DNA from: Gammaproteobacteria bacterium
GTDB lineage: Bacteria; Pseudomonadota; Gammaproteobacteria; DASZBR01
Reading direction: 5' to 3'
Assembly (NCBI GenBank): GCA_035943935.1
Contig: DASZBR010000002.1
Coordinates: 90,868-154,867 of the forward strand
Length of the DNA: 64,000 bases
The notes below the pieces were generated by a model. That model did not search any database, was not told the DNA's origin, and worked only from the letters and a program-made list of their open reading frames with translations. Below, one piece after another: positions 63,844-64,000 of the stretch. Position 1 is the first letter of the stretch; the number at the start of each line of letters is the position of its first letter. The position numbers and the translations under genes are program-made.

Positions 63844-64000
63844 TAAAATGTATGCGCTTTCTCCGGCGCAATATGAACAATTTTATTTGTGGAAGTACGT
63901 ATATCAACGCGACCTCCCCTTGCAACAGTGACTCTATCACCTAAATAAATATTATCTCCTGCTTTTAACACATGTCTTGAACCACCGATATTAATTTCAG
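63844..64000 (-). CDS. 3' end of a gene entering from beyond the window. Beta-helix/hexapeptide-repeat-like C-terminus (…EINIGGSRHVLKAGDNIYLGDRVTVARGGRVDIRTS…), possibly bactofilin-like.
   Basis: Open minus-strand frame from the window edge to the stop at 63844. Only the last 52 codons are visible. Confidence 0.35.

Overview
The window is a 64-kb chromosomal segment from a low-GC gammaproteobacterium. It most resembles an intracellular Legionellales-type genome (Legionella/Coxiella/Rickettsiella-like). That attribution is an inference from gene content and regulatory motifs, not from a database hit. Most of the window is housekeeping: potABCD, pgk-pyk-fba, waaC/waaF, lgt, a partial dcw cluster (mraZ-rsmH-ftsL-ftsI-murE-mraY), murF, mutS, tsaC, mdh, cysQ, a tRNA-Gly/Cys/Leu operon, hemF, pyrG, pncB, an aconitase-family gene, hemB and ppk. 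Accessory content is interleaved with it:

- **Orphan type VI secretion module.** tssJ-tssK-tssL-tssM plus a possible tagF-position gene, 37078-42726, minus strand. It sits beside an IS481-like insertion sequence and is preceded by a 34-aa lysine/arginine-rich histone-H1-like gene.
- **Candidate Dot/Icm effector promoters.** Four promoters carry a PmrA-type tandem direct-repeat box (cTTAAG/T..-N2-cTTAAG.., TTAA-N7-TTAA periodicity) set about 10 nt before a -10 hexamer. They lie in front of four uncharacterised genes, as PmrA-regulated effector genes do in Legionella and Coxiella.
- **Eukaryote-like LRR gene cassette.** A gene with F-box-type leucine-rich repeats is flanked by about 40-bp imperfect direct repeats derived from the 3' end of mraY.
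- **Two-gene insertion in the glycolytic operon.** A TIR/nucleoside-2-deoxyribosyltransferase-like protein and a small His-rich partner sit between pyk and ridA-fba.
- **Other accessory genes.** An Abi_2 abortive-infection gene, several large proteins of unknown function, and two paralogous Legionella-type major outer membrane protein genes.

No CRISPR array, rRNA or prophage was seen. Coordinates for non-ORF features were read from the text by eye and may be off by 1-2 nt.
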